From: an uncultured Candidatus Saccharibacteria bacterium
GTDB taxonomy: Bacteria > Patescibacteriota > Minisyncoccia > JAHISW01 > Tagabacteraceae
Direction: 5' to 3'
Length of the DNA: 52,136 nt
NCBI GenBank assembly: GCA_964601305.1
Contig: CAZRMW010000005.1
Span: forward strand, 1 to 52,136
Under the pieces are notes generated by a model. It saw only the letters and a list, made by a program, of their open reading frames with translations. It did no database searches and had not been told where the DNA came from. Positions 6,635-16,399 of this stretch are shown in pieces. Position 1 is the stretch's first letter. Each line of letters opens with the position of its first letter. Made by a program: the position numbers and the translations under genes.

Positions 6635-8551
6635 ATGCTGAAAATTTGGGATAATTTAGAGATTCTTGTTGAAAAAATGATGCCAGATGTTTTTAGAGAA
6701 GAAAGAGAGAGAATAAAATATTTTTCCTTGGGAGGATTTGCAGATTGGATAGCTTCTATTTTTGACAACATACTTTTTGCCAAGAGAGAGGTAATACTCA
6801 ATACAATTGATCAAGGAAAAAGAATATCATTTGTTTTGAAATGCCTACAAGAGCTTCTTGAAAAAACTTCAAGTGCATTAGAAAAAGGGCAGGGAGAGCA
6901 AAGTAGTGGAAACAAAGAAGCAAAAAAGAGCGAAGACGAATTAATCACTTTATATAAAAGATACAAAAAAATAGAAAAGAAGTTTTTTCCTAATGATAGA
7001 AGAATTGTAGAAGAAAGATTTTCTTCTCTTAAAAAAAGCAAAAAAGATAGTTCTGAATACAGCATGATCGAAAGACAAGTTCGATTTATTATAGACCTCT
7101 TTTCCCTTGAAGAAAGCAATAAGTCTGTTGATATAGAAATAGCAAGTCAATCGCTAAATAAAGGTCACTATGGTCTTAAAGAAGCAAAGGAAAAAATAAT
7201 ACAATATATAGCAACTAAAATTTTAAACTCAAAAAGAAAAGCCCCCATTCTTTGCTTTGTTGGTCCACCTGGCACTGGTAAAACATCTTTGGGCAAGTCT
7301 ATAGCAAGGGCTTTAAATAAAAAGTTTTGTAGAATGTCTTTAGGTGGCAATAGCGATGAGGCTAAAATAAAAGGCCATAAACCAACTTATATAGCAGCTA
7401 TGTCTGGAGATATTTTGCAGTTAATAAAAAACACAGGATCTAGTAACCCGGTGTTTATGTTAGACGAAATAGACAAGCTTGGTGGAGGAGCAAAAGGCAA
7501 TGATATAGAGCCTGCGTTGCTTGAGGTTTTAGACCCAGAACAAAACGATTCTTTTAGAGATCATTATGCGCAAGTTGCTTTTGATTTGTCTAAAGTATTT
7601 TTTATTACTACAGCCAACACAACTAACTTCAGTGATCCTTTAAAAGATAGAATGTCGATTATAAGACTGCCCGGCTACACAGAGGAAGAGAAAGTTAAAA
7701 TAGCAGAAAGGCATTTAATTCCACGCCAGCTCAAGGAAACAGGTGTTGGAGGTAGAACAAAGATATCTTTTGGGGTAAAGTCTATCCTAGAATTAATAAG
7801 AAAATATACGAAGGAAGCGGGTGTAAGGAACTTAGAAAGAGAAATTGGAAATATTTTTAGCATATTAGCGATAGAGATTTTAAAAAAAGATATAAAAAGA
7901 TTTACTGTAAATGCAGAAAAAATTAAAAAATTTTTGGGTTCTTCGGAGCATGTTCATAGAAAGATTGAAAAAATGGCGCCAGGTCTTTCCACTGGTTTAT
8001 TTGTGACAGAAAGAGGTGGTGGAGGAATTTTATTTGTTGAGTCGGTGTTTTTGGAGGAGGAAAAAGGGGACTCACTTATTTTAACAGGTAATTTAGAAAA
8101 AGTTATCAGAGAATCTGCGGTAATAGCTTTGAGTTTTCTTAAAAGCAATGCTGAAAACCTGATGATTAAAAAAAATTTTTTTAAAAACAAAACTTTGCAT
8201 ATTCATGTGCCAGATGGTGCCATACAGAAAGACGGTCCTTCGGCAGGATTGGCTTTGCTGTTTTCTTTGTTTTCGCTTGTGCATAATACAAAAATCAAGG
8301 AAAATTTGGCTGTTTCTGGAGAAATAAGATTGAAAGGAAAGGTTAGTGCTATAGGTGGCGCAAGGGAAAAAATTCTGGGAGCAAAAAGAGCCGGCGCTGA
8401 AGAATTGATTTTTCCTTTAGAAAACAAAGAGAAAATAGATAGTCTACCTAGATATATGAAAAAAAATATCAGGTTTCATTTTGTGGAAAATGCTTGGCAG
8501 GCTCTGGAAATAGCCTTTCCAGATTTTGATTTTGACAAAAAACTAAAGTAA
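6635..8551 (+). CDS. lon: Lon protease (rest of N domain, AAA+ module, Ser-Lys protease domain)
   Basis: Walker A GPPGTGKTS; protease motif KDGPSAGLA. The frame is open from 6404 and encodes Lon N-domain-like sequence (IGVASSIKSFEENSKTFRFSGLKRFKL) upstream of the first ATG. Confidence 0.9.
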   Translation: MLKIWDNLEILVEKMMPDVFREERERIKYFSLGGFADWIASIFDNILFAKREVILNTIDQGKRISFVLKCLQELLEKTSSALEKGQGEQSSGNKEAKKSEDELITLYKRYKKIEKKFFPNDRRIVEERFSSLKKSKKDSSEYSMIERQVRFIIDLFSLEESNKSVDIEIASQSLNKGHYGLKEAKEKIIQYIATKILNSKRKAPILCFVGPPGTGKTSLGKSIARALNKKFCRMSLGGNSDEAKIKGHKPTYIAAMSGDILQLIKNTGSSNPVFMLDEIDKLGGGAKGNDIEPALLEVLDPEQNDSFRDHYAQVAFDLSKVFFITTANTTNFSDPLKDRMSIIRLPGYTEEEKVKIAERHLIPRQLKETGVGGRTKISFGVKSILELIRKYTKEAGVRNLEREIGNIFSILAIEILKKDIKRFTVNAEKIKKFLGSSEHVHRKIEKMAPGLSTGLFVTERGGGGILFVESVFLEEEKGDSLILTGNLEKVIRESAVIALSFLKSNAENLMIKKNFFKNKTLHIHVPDGAIQKDGPSAGLALLFSLFSLVHNTKIKENLAVSGEIRLKGKVSAIGGAREKILGAKRAGAEELIFPLENKEKIDSLPRYMKKNIRFHFVENAWQALEIAFPDFDFDKKLK

Positions 8552-8580
8552 AAACCCCTTGCTATGTCAAGGGTTTTTTA
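8552..8580 (+). terminator. Rho-independent terminator
   Basis: CCCTTG (8556-8561) pairs with CAAGGG (8568-8573), followed by TTTTTT. Confidence 0.7.
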
Positions 8581-8629
8581 ATTGACATAAGGGTGTTTTT
8601 ACTTTAGTTTTTAATATAGCAAAGAAGAA

Positions 8630-8648
8630 TCCGCCATTAATAGGCGGG
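8630..8648. repeat. CCGCC-N7-GGCGG hairpin
   Basis: CCGCC (8631-8635), ATTAATA, GGCGG (8643-8647), in the prkA upstream region. Related to the YCGCC-N3-GGCGR hairpins elsewhere in the window. Confidence 0.5.
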
Positions 8649-8706
8649 AAGGTCTTGACAATTGAATAATTACAGAAGTTTAACAGACAACCGAAAGGAG
8701 TTTGTC

Positions 8707-10773
8707 ATGAAAAAGTCCGGGTATCCTTTAGGAACCTTGCCTCATCATGTAGGAGAAATTAAAAAGGAAAAAAGATCTTTTGAAAACGCCTTTCAAGGCG
8801 TTGCAAGAATGATCCTTGAAAGCGAGATAAACAAAGTTCAGGTAAATGGAAAATCGACATACGATTTTTCTATTTTTCGCACGGGAAAGAAACATATTAT
8901 TGGAATGTACGACGAAATTAATAGTTTTGTGTCTTATGTAAAGGATGCCGCCGAAGGCGGTTCCTCTTCCGAAATGGCGTATGTGCTTGTGGGTGAGCCA
9001 GGAAATGGTAAAACATTTTTTGTTGAATTTCTCTGTAATCAGTATCGCAACTTTCTTATGAGACCAGAAAACCGAAAATATACTTTCAGGTTTGTTGGAG
9101 TAGATGAATTAGGTCATTACGGAAAAATTTCTATAATTGAGTCTCAGATTTATGAAGATCCAATGATTTTGGCAATGAACCTTTTTGAATCTCGAGATGA
9201 AAATATGGAATATTTAGCTAAAATATTTGGCTTTGATGAAAAACAAATTGAGACGATTTTCCAAAACTATCGACCTTTGGGAGCATGCAGTGCGTACATT
9301 TGGAACGATATTTTGAGAGACTCTGAAAGAGATATTGAAAAAGCTCTTAAGTTTGTTGAAATAGTTCCGGTCCCTCTTACTGAAAGTCTTGGTACTGTTA
9401 CTGGAAAATATCCAGCGAAGGACAAGATTACTTCTTCAGCAGTCGATCTGTTGGGAGAAGAATCGATTCAACGCTTGCTTCACATTACCGATACGAACAA
9501 TCCTTACAGGTTTGATTTACGGCGTGGCGCTCTTGCTCGAGTTGCGGGTGGAGGTGTTCATTTTTCAGATGAAATCTTTAAAAACAAAAAAGATTTGGTT
9601 CAGGTTTATCTTGGTGTTATTCAAAACCGGAGCATTGAAATAGATGGCTACAAGTGGCCCATCGATACGCTTATCGTTGCTACCAGCAACAACAGCGAGT
9701 TCAATCGGTTCTTGTCTGAGAAGGAGGAGGCGCCCATCGTCGACCGATGCAGAATCTGCTATGTTTCCCATAATACCAATTACAAGCTTCAAAAGGACTT
9801 AACTGGTTATGCTGTGGGTAGCAAAAAAAGGACTACGCTGACTCTCGAAGATCTTCATCAAGATCCTAATCTAAATTATGCAGCTTCTGTTGCTGTTGTA
9901 CTTACGCGATTGGCAAAAGCCGAGAAGCTTACGTCGACAGAAATGATGAAGTTGGCAGCTGGAGAGGTGGCCGGAGAGAAGAGTATTAAAACTCTGGCCG
10001 AGGTGATCGATATCCTCAATCAGAATCCAGACATTATTCAAAGGTTTGGACAAAAAGGTATGGGACAGAGAAATCTGGGTCGGGCGGTTCAACTACTTAT
10101 CGAAAGCTCGGAGACTAACGAAGGTAAGTGTATGTTTGCCTACGATATTTTCAAGGCTCTTGATAGGATAGTTTTGGACTATGTTTCTGAGGCCAACGAT
10201 CGAACCAAATATCAAGACGATCTGAAGACTGCTAAAGGGCTCTATCGTGAACGCATCATGACCGAAATGTTCAATGCCTATATGGACGAGCCACTGGCCA
10301 TCCGTAAAGATGTTATGAATTATGTAAATATGATTATTGGTATTGATGCAGAAGATCTTGGGCCTGACAAAATGTGGAAATACAAAGATCCACAAACAGG
10401 GGAACTCAAGGCACTTAAGATAGATGAACAATATGTAAAGAGTGTGGAGGAGAGGCAAGGCCTCAAAACAGATGAACAGCGTGATTCATTTCGCACATCT
10501 ATTCGAAAGATATACGGACAGAAGATATCTGTAAATCCAGAATATGACTTTATGGATAACCATCCGTTGGTAAAAGCTGTTACTGATGTACGTCTTAAAT
10601 CAGATATTGCTGGTGCCGGGAGTCTTATCGGAGCGCTTGCAAATCGCACAAACGAAGAGAATCAAAAACTCCATGATCGTATGATAAATACTATGCTTGA
10701 AAAACTGGGATATTGCCGGACTTGTGCACAGAAAACAATTGAGTATTTCTGTACACAAGAAGATGAAAACTAG
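8707..10773 (+). CDS. prkA: PrkA/YeaG family AAA+ serine protein kinase
   Basis: ORF 8662-10773. AAAGGAG precedes ATG 8707. P-loop GEPGNGKT. It looks collinear with my recollection of E. coli YeaG (IGMYDEINSFVSYVKDAAEG..., GALARVAGGGVHFSDEIFK, ATSNNSEF, C-terminal KLGYCRTC). Confidence 0.9.
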   Translation: MKKSGYPLGTLPHHVGEIKKEKRSFENAFQGVARMILESEINKVQVNGKSTYDFSIFRTGKKHIIGMYDEINSFVSYVKDAAEGGSSSEMAYVLVGEPGNGKTFFVEFLCNQYRNFLMRPENRKYTFRFVGVDELGHYGKISIIESQIYEDPMILAMNLFESRDENMEYLAKIFGFDEKQIETIFQNYRPLGACSAYIWNDILRDSERDIEKALKFVEIVPVPLTESLGTVTGKYPAKDKITSSAVDLLGEESIQRLLHITDTNNPYRFDLRRGALARVAGGGVHFSDEIFKNKKDLVQVYLGVIQNRSIEIDGYKWPIDTLIVATSNNSEFNRFLSEKEEAPIVDRCRICYVSHNTNYKLQKDLTGYAVGSKKRTTLTLEDLHQDPNLNYAASVAVVLTRLAKAEKLTSTEMMKLAAGEVAGEKSIKTLAEVIDILNQNPDIIQRFGQKGMGQRNLGRAVQLLIESSETNEGKCMFAYDIFKALDRIVLDYVSEANDRTKYQDDLKTAKGLYRERIMTEMFNAYMDEPLAIRKDVMNYVNMIIGIDAEDLGPDKMWKYKDPQTGELKALKIDEQYVKSVEERQGLKTDEQRDSFRTSIRKIYGQKISVNPEYDFMDNHPLVKAVTDVRLKSDIAGAGSLIGALANRTNEENQKLHDRMINTMLEKLGYCRTCAQKTIEYFCTQEDEN

Positions 10774-10787
10774 ATGAAAAATAAACA

Positions 10788-10823
10788 AAAGGGCGCAAAG
10801 ACAATGTTTGTTTTGCGCCCTTT
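10788..10823 (+). terminator. Rho-independent terminator between prkA and yeaH-like gene
   Basis: AAAGGGCGCAAA (10788-10799) pairs with TTTGCGCCCTTT (10812-10823). Confidence 0.7.
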
Positions 10824-10843
10824 AAAAATACAGGAGATAAAAG

Positions 10844-12139
10844 ATGAAAGAAATTGAAGGCGAAAAACATCCTCCTATTGTTAAAACAGAGAATAAATGG
10901 AGAACGACAACAATATATGAAAGAATTTGGAATGATCTAACTGTTTTTTTTGGAATGTCTTTAGAGTACCCTTCTTTTTTGGCTATGCGTTCTCTAGACG
11001 AACTTTTGGAAAGAGATGAAAAAAGAGCAAAAGATGGTTTTCCCAAAAAAATTCGTGTAGGAAGAATGATAAGGCCGGGAAAAGGTGGAAAAGATAAAAT
11101 TGTTGTAGTGCCTACTACAGTGGAAGAAAAATTTATGCACGATCCAGATTTAACGAAAAACGAAGAAGATCAGGAAGCTACGGGTACAGGTGATGGAGAA
11201 GAGGGAGATGTAATTGGCGAACAGCCAATTCACGGAAAACAAGAGTCAGGTACTGGTTCTGGACAAGGAGATGGTGGCGAGCACGAGGTAGAATCCAATG
11301 CATATGATTTAGGCAAGGTGCTTTCTGAAAGATTTGAGCTTCCTAATCTCAAAGATAAACAGAAAAAAGTTCCTTCGTCTAGATATACTTACGATCTCAC
11401 TGATATATTTAAAGGAGCTGGTCAGGTTCTTGATAAAAAAAGGACATTGAAAAAAATAGTTGAAACAAACATACATCTTGGAAATATTCCAGATCCTGGC
11501 AACATTGATCCGTCGAAGTTTTTGGTTTCTCCTGGAGACAAAATCTACAGAGTATTATCTCGAGAAAAAATGTACGAATCTCAGGCTATGATATTTTTTC
11601 TTAGAGATTATTCTGGTTCTATGCATGGCAAGGCTACAGAGCTGGTGGTTGCCCAACATGTAATGATTTATAGCTGGCTTTTATATCAATACAACAAAAG
11701 AGCTGAAACTAGATTTATTTTACACGATACCGAAGCAAAAGAGGTGCCAGACTTTCATACTTATTATAATTCTCAGGTAGCAGGGGGCACCAAGGTGGCT
11801 TCTGCGTATAGATTAGTAAATAAAATTATAGAAGAAGAAAATTTAGAGAGAGATTATAGTATTTATATTTTTCATGGCACTGATGGAGATGATTGGGATA
11901 CTGAAGGAAAAGAAACTATCCCAGAGATGAAAAAGCTTTTTTGGAAAGATATTAGTCGCTTTGGAATGAGTATTGTTGAACACAATACTAAAGAAACAGG
12001 AAAAACTGAAGTAGAAAAATATGTAAAAAAAGCAAAATTGGTAACAAGGTATAAAAAAGTTTTTAGAATGGACAGTATGACAACAGAAGCCGACGAACCT
12101 CGCCTTATTGAAGGCATCAAAAAATTGGTGGCTCCATAA
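10844..12139 (+). CDS. yeaH: YeaH/YhbH (DUF444) family protein with vWA-like MIDAS motif
   Basis: AGGAG precedes ATG 10844. Gly/Asp/Glu-rich segment, ELPNLK box, FFLRDYSGSM (DxSGS), GGT, DGDDW; the same order as my recollection of E. coli YeaH. Confidence 0.85.
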   Translation: MKEIEGEKHPPIVKTENKWRTTTIYERIWNDLTVFFGMSLEYPSFLAMRSLDELLERDEKRAKDGFPKKIRVGRMIRPGKGGKDKIVVVPTTVEEKFMHDPDLTKNEEDQEATGTGDGEEGDVIGEQPIHGKQESGTGSGQGDGGEHEVESNAYDLGKVLSERFELPNLKDKQKKVPSSRYTYDLTDIFKGAGQVLDKKRTLKKIVETNIHLGNIPDPGNIDPSKFLVSPGDKIYRVLSREKMYESQAMIFFLRDYSGSMHGKATELVVAQHVMIYSWLLYQYNKRAETRFILHDTEAKEVPDFHTYYNSQVAGGTKVASAYRLVNKIIEEENLERDYSIYIFHGTDGDDWDTEGKETIPEMKKLFWKDISRFGMSIVEHNTKETGKTEVEKYVKKAKLVTRYKKVFRMDSMTTEADEPRLIEGIKKLVAP

Positions 12140-12152
12140 AGGAGGTAAAAAT

Positions 12153-13826
12153 ATGGAACTAATAGACCAGCATACTAAAAAAATAATGGAGGGCTGTAAA
12201 AAAAGAGCCCGAGATGCAGGATTAATATTTGATGATGAAAGTTTGGAATATACTGTTACCAACAGAGACTTAATTGAATTATCCCCAAAAGTAATGATTC
12301 CCACGCTTTATGATTACTGGGTTCATGATGTGGAGGTTTTGAAAGGTCAAGGTAAATACGATCTTTATCCGAGTAATCCATATGAGACGGTAATAAATAC
12401 TAGGCCTGCTATATCGTTTTACAACGATAACAATCCTGATTGGCTCAATGTAATGATTTTTTACCATGTACTTGGCCACATTGATTTTTTTCAAAATAAT
12501 CAATTTTTTGCTAACACACGGGATGATGACTTTGCTGGTAAGGCATTGTCAGACAAAAGATTAATTGCAAAACTTAGAGCAGAAAAAGGATCATGGGCTG
12601 TTGATTATGTAATAGAATGGGCTCGTGGTATAGACAATATTGTTAACTACCACAAAGGGCTTGAGTTAATAAGACAAAGAGATATGCCAGCCCATACTCA
12701 AATATCGGAGAAGTTAAATTATTTCTTTGATTTTTTCTTATCCACGCTAATAAGAGAAAGAGTTATAAAAGAAAGTCTTCGTAGTGATGCAATAGATTCG
12801 TACAATGAATTTGTTGGTAAAAAAGATGGAGAAAAATTATTTTTTGATGAAATGAAAGATATTTATCCGGAATTTGAAAAGATTTTTGAAAACTATAGAA
12901 AAAATAAAAGAAAAAAAACAGGCGATTTGCTTGAATTTTTGATTGAATTTTCTCCACATCTTAATAAAATATCTACAAAAGAAGATAATACTTGGAAAAA
13001 ACAAATACTTCAGGTGGTGAGAAACACATCTCTTTTTTTTCAGCCACAGATTCGTACTAAGATTATGAACGAAGGGTGGGCAAGTTATTGGCATGAAAAT
13101 TTATTTCTTGCTGATAATAGAATAAAGGGACATGAAGTAGATTTTGCTCGTATTAATGCAGGTGTTACAGCTATGCCAAAAGTTGGGCTCAATCCATACG
13201 CTCTTGGGATGCGCCTTTTTTACCACATTGAAGATATGGCAAACAAGGGTAAATATGGTTTGGATTTTCTTAGAATTTTGGATGAAAAAGAAAGAAAAGA
13301 TTTTGATGCAAAAACTGGTAAAGGTAGAGATTTTATTTTTAAAATTCGCGAAGAACTATGTGATAGTATGTTTATAGACAGATTTATAGAGCAAGATTTT
13401 ATGCGTAGACACAAATTGTTTGTGGCAGGAAAAAGACTAAACAGAATGAAGGGTGTTTGGGAATATTATATTAAAAGCCGATTAGCAGAAAAGTACAAAG
13501 AAATGGTTTTAAAAACTATGTATCATCCCCCGAGAATAATGGTAAACGAACGCAAAACTTTTAAAGACGGTATACTTCATCTAGAACATAAGTTTGAAGG
13601 TAAACCACTAATAAGAGAATTTATTCATAACACCATGATTGGTATTGAACAGTTGTGGGGGAAGGCTGTTAATTTGTCTACTTGGGTTATTGCAAACATT
13701 GATCGTGAAAAAAGGTTTATTGAATGGGGGCACCAAGTTATTCTTGTACAAAAGAAAAAAATAAATATAACTAGCTCGACAAAAGAAGTGAACTTTACAA
13801 CAGATTTAGAAGGAAATAGAATCTAA
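12153..13826 (+). CDS. spoVR: SpoVR/YcgB family protein
   Basis: ORF 12108-13826. AGGAGG precedes ATG 12153. NEGWASYWH motif; HVLGHIDFF. Confidence 0.9.
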   Translation: MELIDQHTKKIMEGCKKRARDAGLIFDDESLEYTVTNRDLIELSPKVMIPTLYDYWVHDVEVLKGQGKYDLYPSNPYETVINTRPAISFYNDNNPDWLNVMIFYHVLGHIDFFQNNQFFANTRDDDFAGKALSDKRLIAKLRAEKGSWAVDYVIEWARGIDNIVNYHKGLELIRQRDMPAHTQISEKLNYFFDFFLSTLIRERVIKESLRSDAIDSYNEFVGKKDGEKLFFDEMKDIYPEFEKIFENYRKNKRKKTGDLLEFLIEFSPHLNKISTKEDNTWKKQILQVVRNTSLFFQPQIRTKIMNEGWASYWHENLFLADNRIKGHEVDFARINAGVTAMPKVGLNPYALGMRLFYHIEDMANKGKYGLDFLRILDEKERKDFDAKTGKGRDFIFKIREELCDSMFIDRFIEQDFMRRHKLFVAGKRLNRMKGVWEYYIKSRLAEKYKEMVLKTMYHPPRIMVNERKTFKDGILHLEHKFEGKPLIREFIHNTMIGIEQLWGKAVNLSTWVIANIDREKRFIEWGHQVILVQKKKINITSSTKEVNFTTDLEGNRI

Positions 13827-13841
13827 AATAAAAAAGTAAAT

Positions 13842-13875
13842 AAAACCTCCGAGGATTGACTCTCGGGGGTTTTTA
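13842..13875 (+). terminator. Rho-independent terminator
   Basis: CCTCCGAG (13846-13853) pairs with CTCGGGGG (13862-13869), followed by TTTTT. Confidence 0.7.
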
Positions 13876-13932
13876 ATTTAGTTTTAAGTGTAGAAACAAA
13901 AAGATGAACCTTGAAAATATAAGGAGTTTAAT

Positions 13933-16284
13933 ATGGATAATTCAGAGTTGTCGGAGACAGAAGCTAAAGATGTTGAAAAACTTTTTTCAGAATTAAGTGG
14001 TGGGGTAAAAGATAGAAGTACTCCAAGTATTCCTATTTCTGAATTTTTTCTAAGGCTTAAAGGGGAAGATATTAGCTTTTTAAGGAGCCCACAACATTTA
14101 CTTCACGATTTGGTGCTAGAGAGGCTTGGAAAGGGTGTAGACGAATATCCTGGTAAAAATTCCGCAGGGTATAAAAGATACGATGTAGAAAATCTTTTTG
14201 AAGCTGGAGATGTAAAGTTTTTTTCAAGTAGAATGTTTGCGAACATTTTATACGATCTTGCCTCGAGAATAGTGCGAGGAAAACAGCAAAATAAAATTTA
14301 TGTTTTTAAGGGGCCTCCAGGGAGCGGGAAAAGTACGGCAATTGATTCTTTGGCAGAAGCCTTTGAAGGATATATAAATGAACAGATGTTGTATGAAGTT
14401 GTTTGGAGACTTGATACAGAAATGTTAGGGGTTGCCGTGCATAGTGAGGATATTTCTTGCAAACTTCAGCAAGCAGAAAAAAGCGATGAAAAAAAGGAGA
14501 AGTTTATTATAGATAAATTTCCTATTGTACCTTGTCCAAATCATTGCAATCCCGTTTTACTTATTCCTAGAGAGATAAGAAAAGTTTTTTTAGATTCTAT
14601 GCTTCCCAATAAGGAAACTAAACATAGATTGTTCACTGAAGAACGATACAGTTGGGTATTTGACACTAAAATGTGCCCTATATGCCAATCTATTTTCGAA
14701 GCAATATCGAGAAAACTTTTTGAAGAAAAGGAAAAAAGCAAGGAAGAAAGCTATGATTTGAATAAGATTTTAGAGATGGTGCATGTTCGCCAATATAGAT
14801 TCGACAGGAGATTGAGTCGTGGTATTAGTGTTTTTGGCTCTGGCGACAAATCCGATAAAATGGGTATTGTAACAGATGAACAAATACAAAAAATATTAGA
14901 CATTCTTTTTAAAGGATCTTCTGTAAAATATATTGCAGATCCACTTTGTAGAACTAATTTTGGTTTAAGAGTTTTAATGGATGTAAAAGAAGAAAATATA
15001 ACCAGGTTTAAAGGGTGGCACAATGTAGTAAGTGAGGGAAGAAAAAAGGTTGGGGATTACGAGCAGGGAGTTTTAACATTGCTCCTAGCTGTTATGAATC
15101 CAGAAGACGAAGAAGGTATAAAAGATATAAAATCTTTTAGCGACAGAAGAGAGGATGTATCGATTCCATATATTACAGATGTAGCTACAGAGCTAAAAGT
15201 TTTTGGAAATATTTTTGGTAAAAATTCTTTGAGTCGTTTCCTTCCTGGTGTTGCAGAGAATTTTGCAAGATTTATTATTTCTAGTCGCATAAAGGGGGTT
15301 AGTAAGCCTATAAAAAATTGGTTGGGAGAAAAGGGCCTGCAAGACTACAATGAAAGAAATTTTTGTGATGAGGAAGGGCTTACTGTTGCAATGGATATTT
15401 CAGAAGGTATTATTCCCAAGTGGTTAGACAAACCTCATATTGATAGTTTTACTAAACCAAGAAGACTAGATGTTTTAGATAAAATTCAAGATTCTGCAAA
15501 AAGTGGTATTTCAGATAGAGATGCTATAGATTTTTTTGGAAAACTTTTAGGGTGGTTTGATGTCCGCATAAAGAAAGATGTTGGCGAGGCAAAAAACGAA
15601 GAGAGTATAAGGCTAATTGAAATGAGCGACCTTGAAGATTTTTTATTTGGTGGTGATTCAAAAGAAGATTTTTTAAACAAAGTACCAGATACTTTTTGGG
15701 AAGAGATAACTTTTATCTATCAAAAAAATCTTACAAATACAATCAAAAAAGCTCTATATAGGTATAACACAGATAAATTAGAAGAAGATATCATCCATTA
15801 TTTGAGAGCTCTTCTTATGGATCCTGACGAAATTGAAATATTTGAGTTTACAGGAAAAGAAATAGAAGCTTCGGAAAGTTTTTTGTCTACAATAGAAAAT
15901 GTTTTAGCTGGCGAGAAACTTAACCAAGAAGCGAGAAAAACAATTAGAAAAAATATAACAGAAAAGTTGTCTCGGGTCATTGCTACAACACTTGATGATT
16001 GGGGGCAAGTTAAAGAAACGGAGGTTTTTAAAGCTTTATATCGTATGTATACAGAAAATATTAAAAAAGATGTATTGGCGCCCTTCACACATAATGAGAA
16101 TTTTGGCCGAGCTATAAAAGATTTTGGCACAAAAGAGTTTGAATCTTATGATAAAAAAATTAAAGAAGATGTTGCGTATTTAATTAAAAATTTGGCAGAA
16201 AATTTTGGTTATTCTACGGAAGATGCTGCCAGACAGATATGTGAATATTTTGTGAGAGAAGACTTAGCAATAAATTTTGGTTGA
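13933..16284 (+). CDS. Second, longer PrkA-like AAA+ protein (783 aa)
   Basis: AAGGAG precedes ATG 13933. P-loop GPPGSGKST in a PrkA-like context (SRMFANILYDLASRIV...VFKGPPGSGKSTAIDSLAEAFEGY) and a Cys pair region (CPNHCNP...CPICQ). Confidence 0.75.
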   Translation: MDNSELSETEAKDVEKLFSELSGGVKDRSTPSIPISEFFLRLKGEDISFLRSPQHLLHDLVLERLGKGVDEYPGKNSAGYKRYDVENLFEAGDVKFFSSRMFANILYDLASRIVRGKQQNKIYVFKGPPGSGKSTAIDSLAEAFEGYINEQMLYEVVWRLDTEMLGVAVHSEDISCKLQQAEKSDEKKEKFIIDKFPIVPCPNHCNPVLLIPREIRKVFLDSMLPNKETKHRLFTEERYSWVFDTKMCPICQSIFEAISRKLFEEKEKSKEESYDLNKILEMVHVRQYRFDRRLSRGISVFGSGDKSDKMGIVTDEQIQKILDILFKGSSVKYIADPLCRTNFGLRVLMDVKEENITRFKGWHNVVSEGRKKVGDYEQGVLTLLLAVMNPEDEEGIKDIKSFSDRREDVSIPYITDVATELKVFGNIFGKNSLSRFLPGVAENFARFIISSRIKGVSKPIKNWLGEKGLQDYNERNFCDEEGLTVAMDISEGIIPKWLDKPHIDSFTKPRRLDVLDKIQDSAKSGISDRDAIDFFGKLLGWFDVRIKKDVGEAKNEESIRLIEMSDLEDFLFGGDSKEDFLNKVPDTFWEEITFIYQKNLTNTIKKALYRYNTDKLEEDIIHYLRALLMDPDEIEIFEFTGKEIEASESFLSTIENVLAGEKLNQEARKTIRKNITEKLSRVIATTLDDWGQVKETEVFKALYRMYTENIKKDVLAPFTHNENFGRAIKDFGTKEFESYDKKIKEDVAYLIKNLAENFGYSTEDAARQICEYFVREDLAINFG

Positions 16285-16399
16285 AATAATTTAAGGCTGC
16301 ACCTTTCGGGGTGTGGCTTTTTTGTTTACCTCGTGATAATTTTTTTAAAAATTATTTTACGGGGTTGTGAAAAATGTTCAGAAAAACTAGAATTACCTT

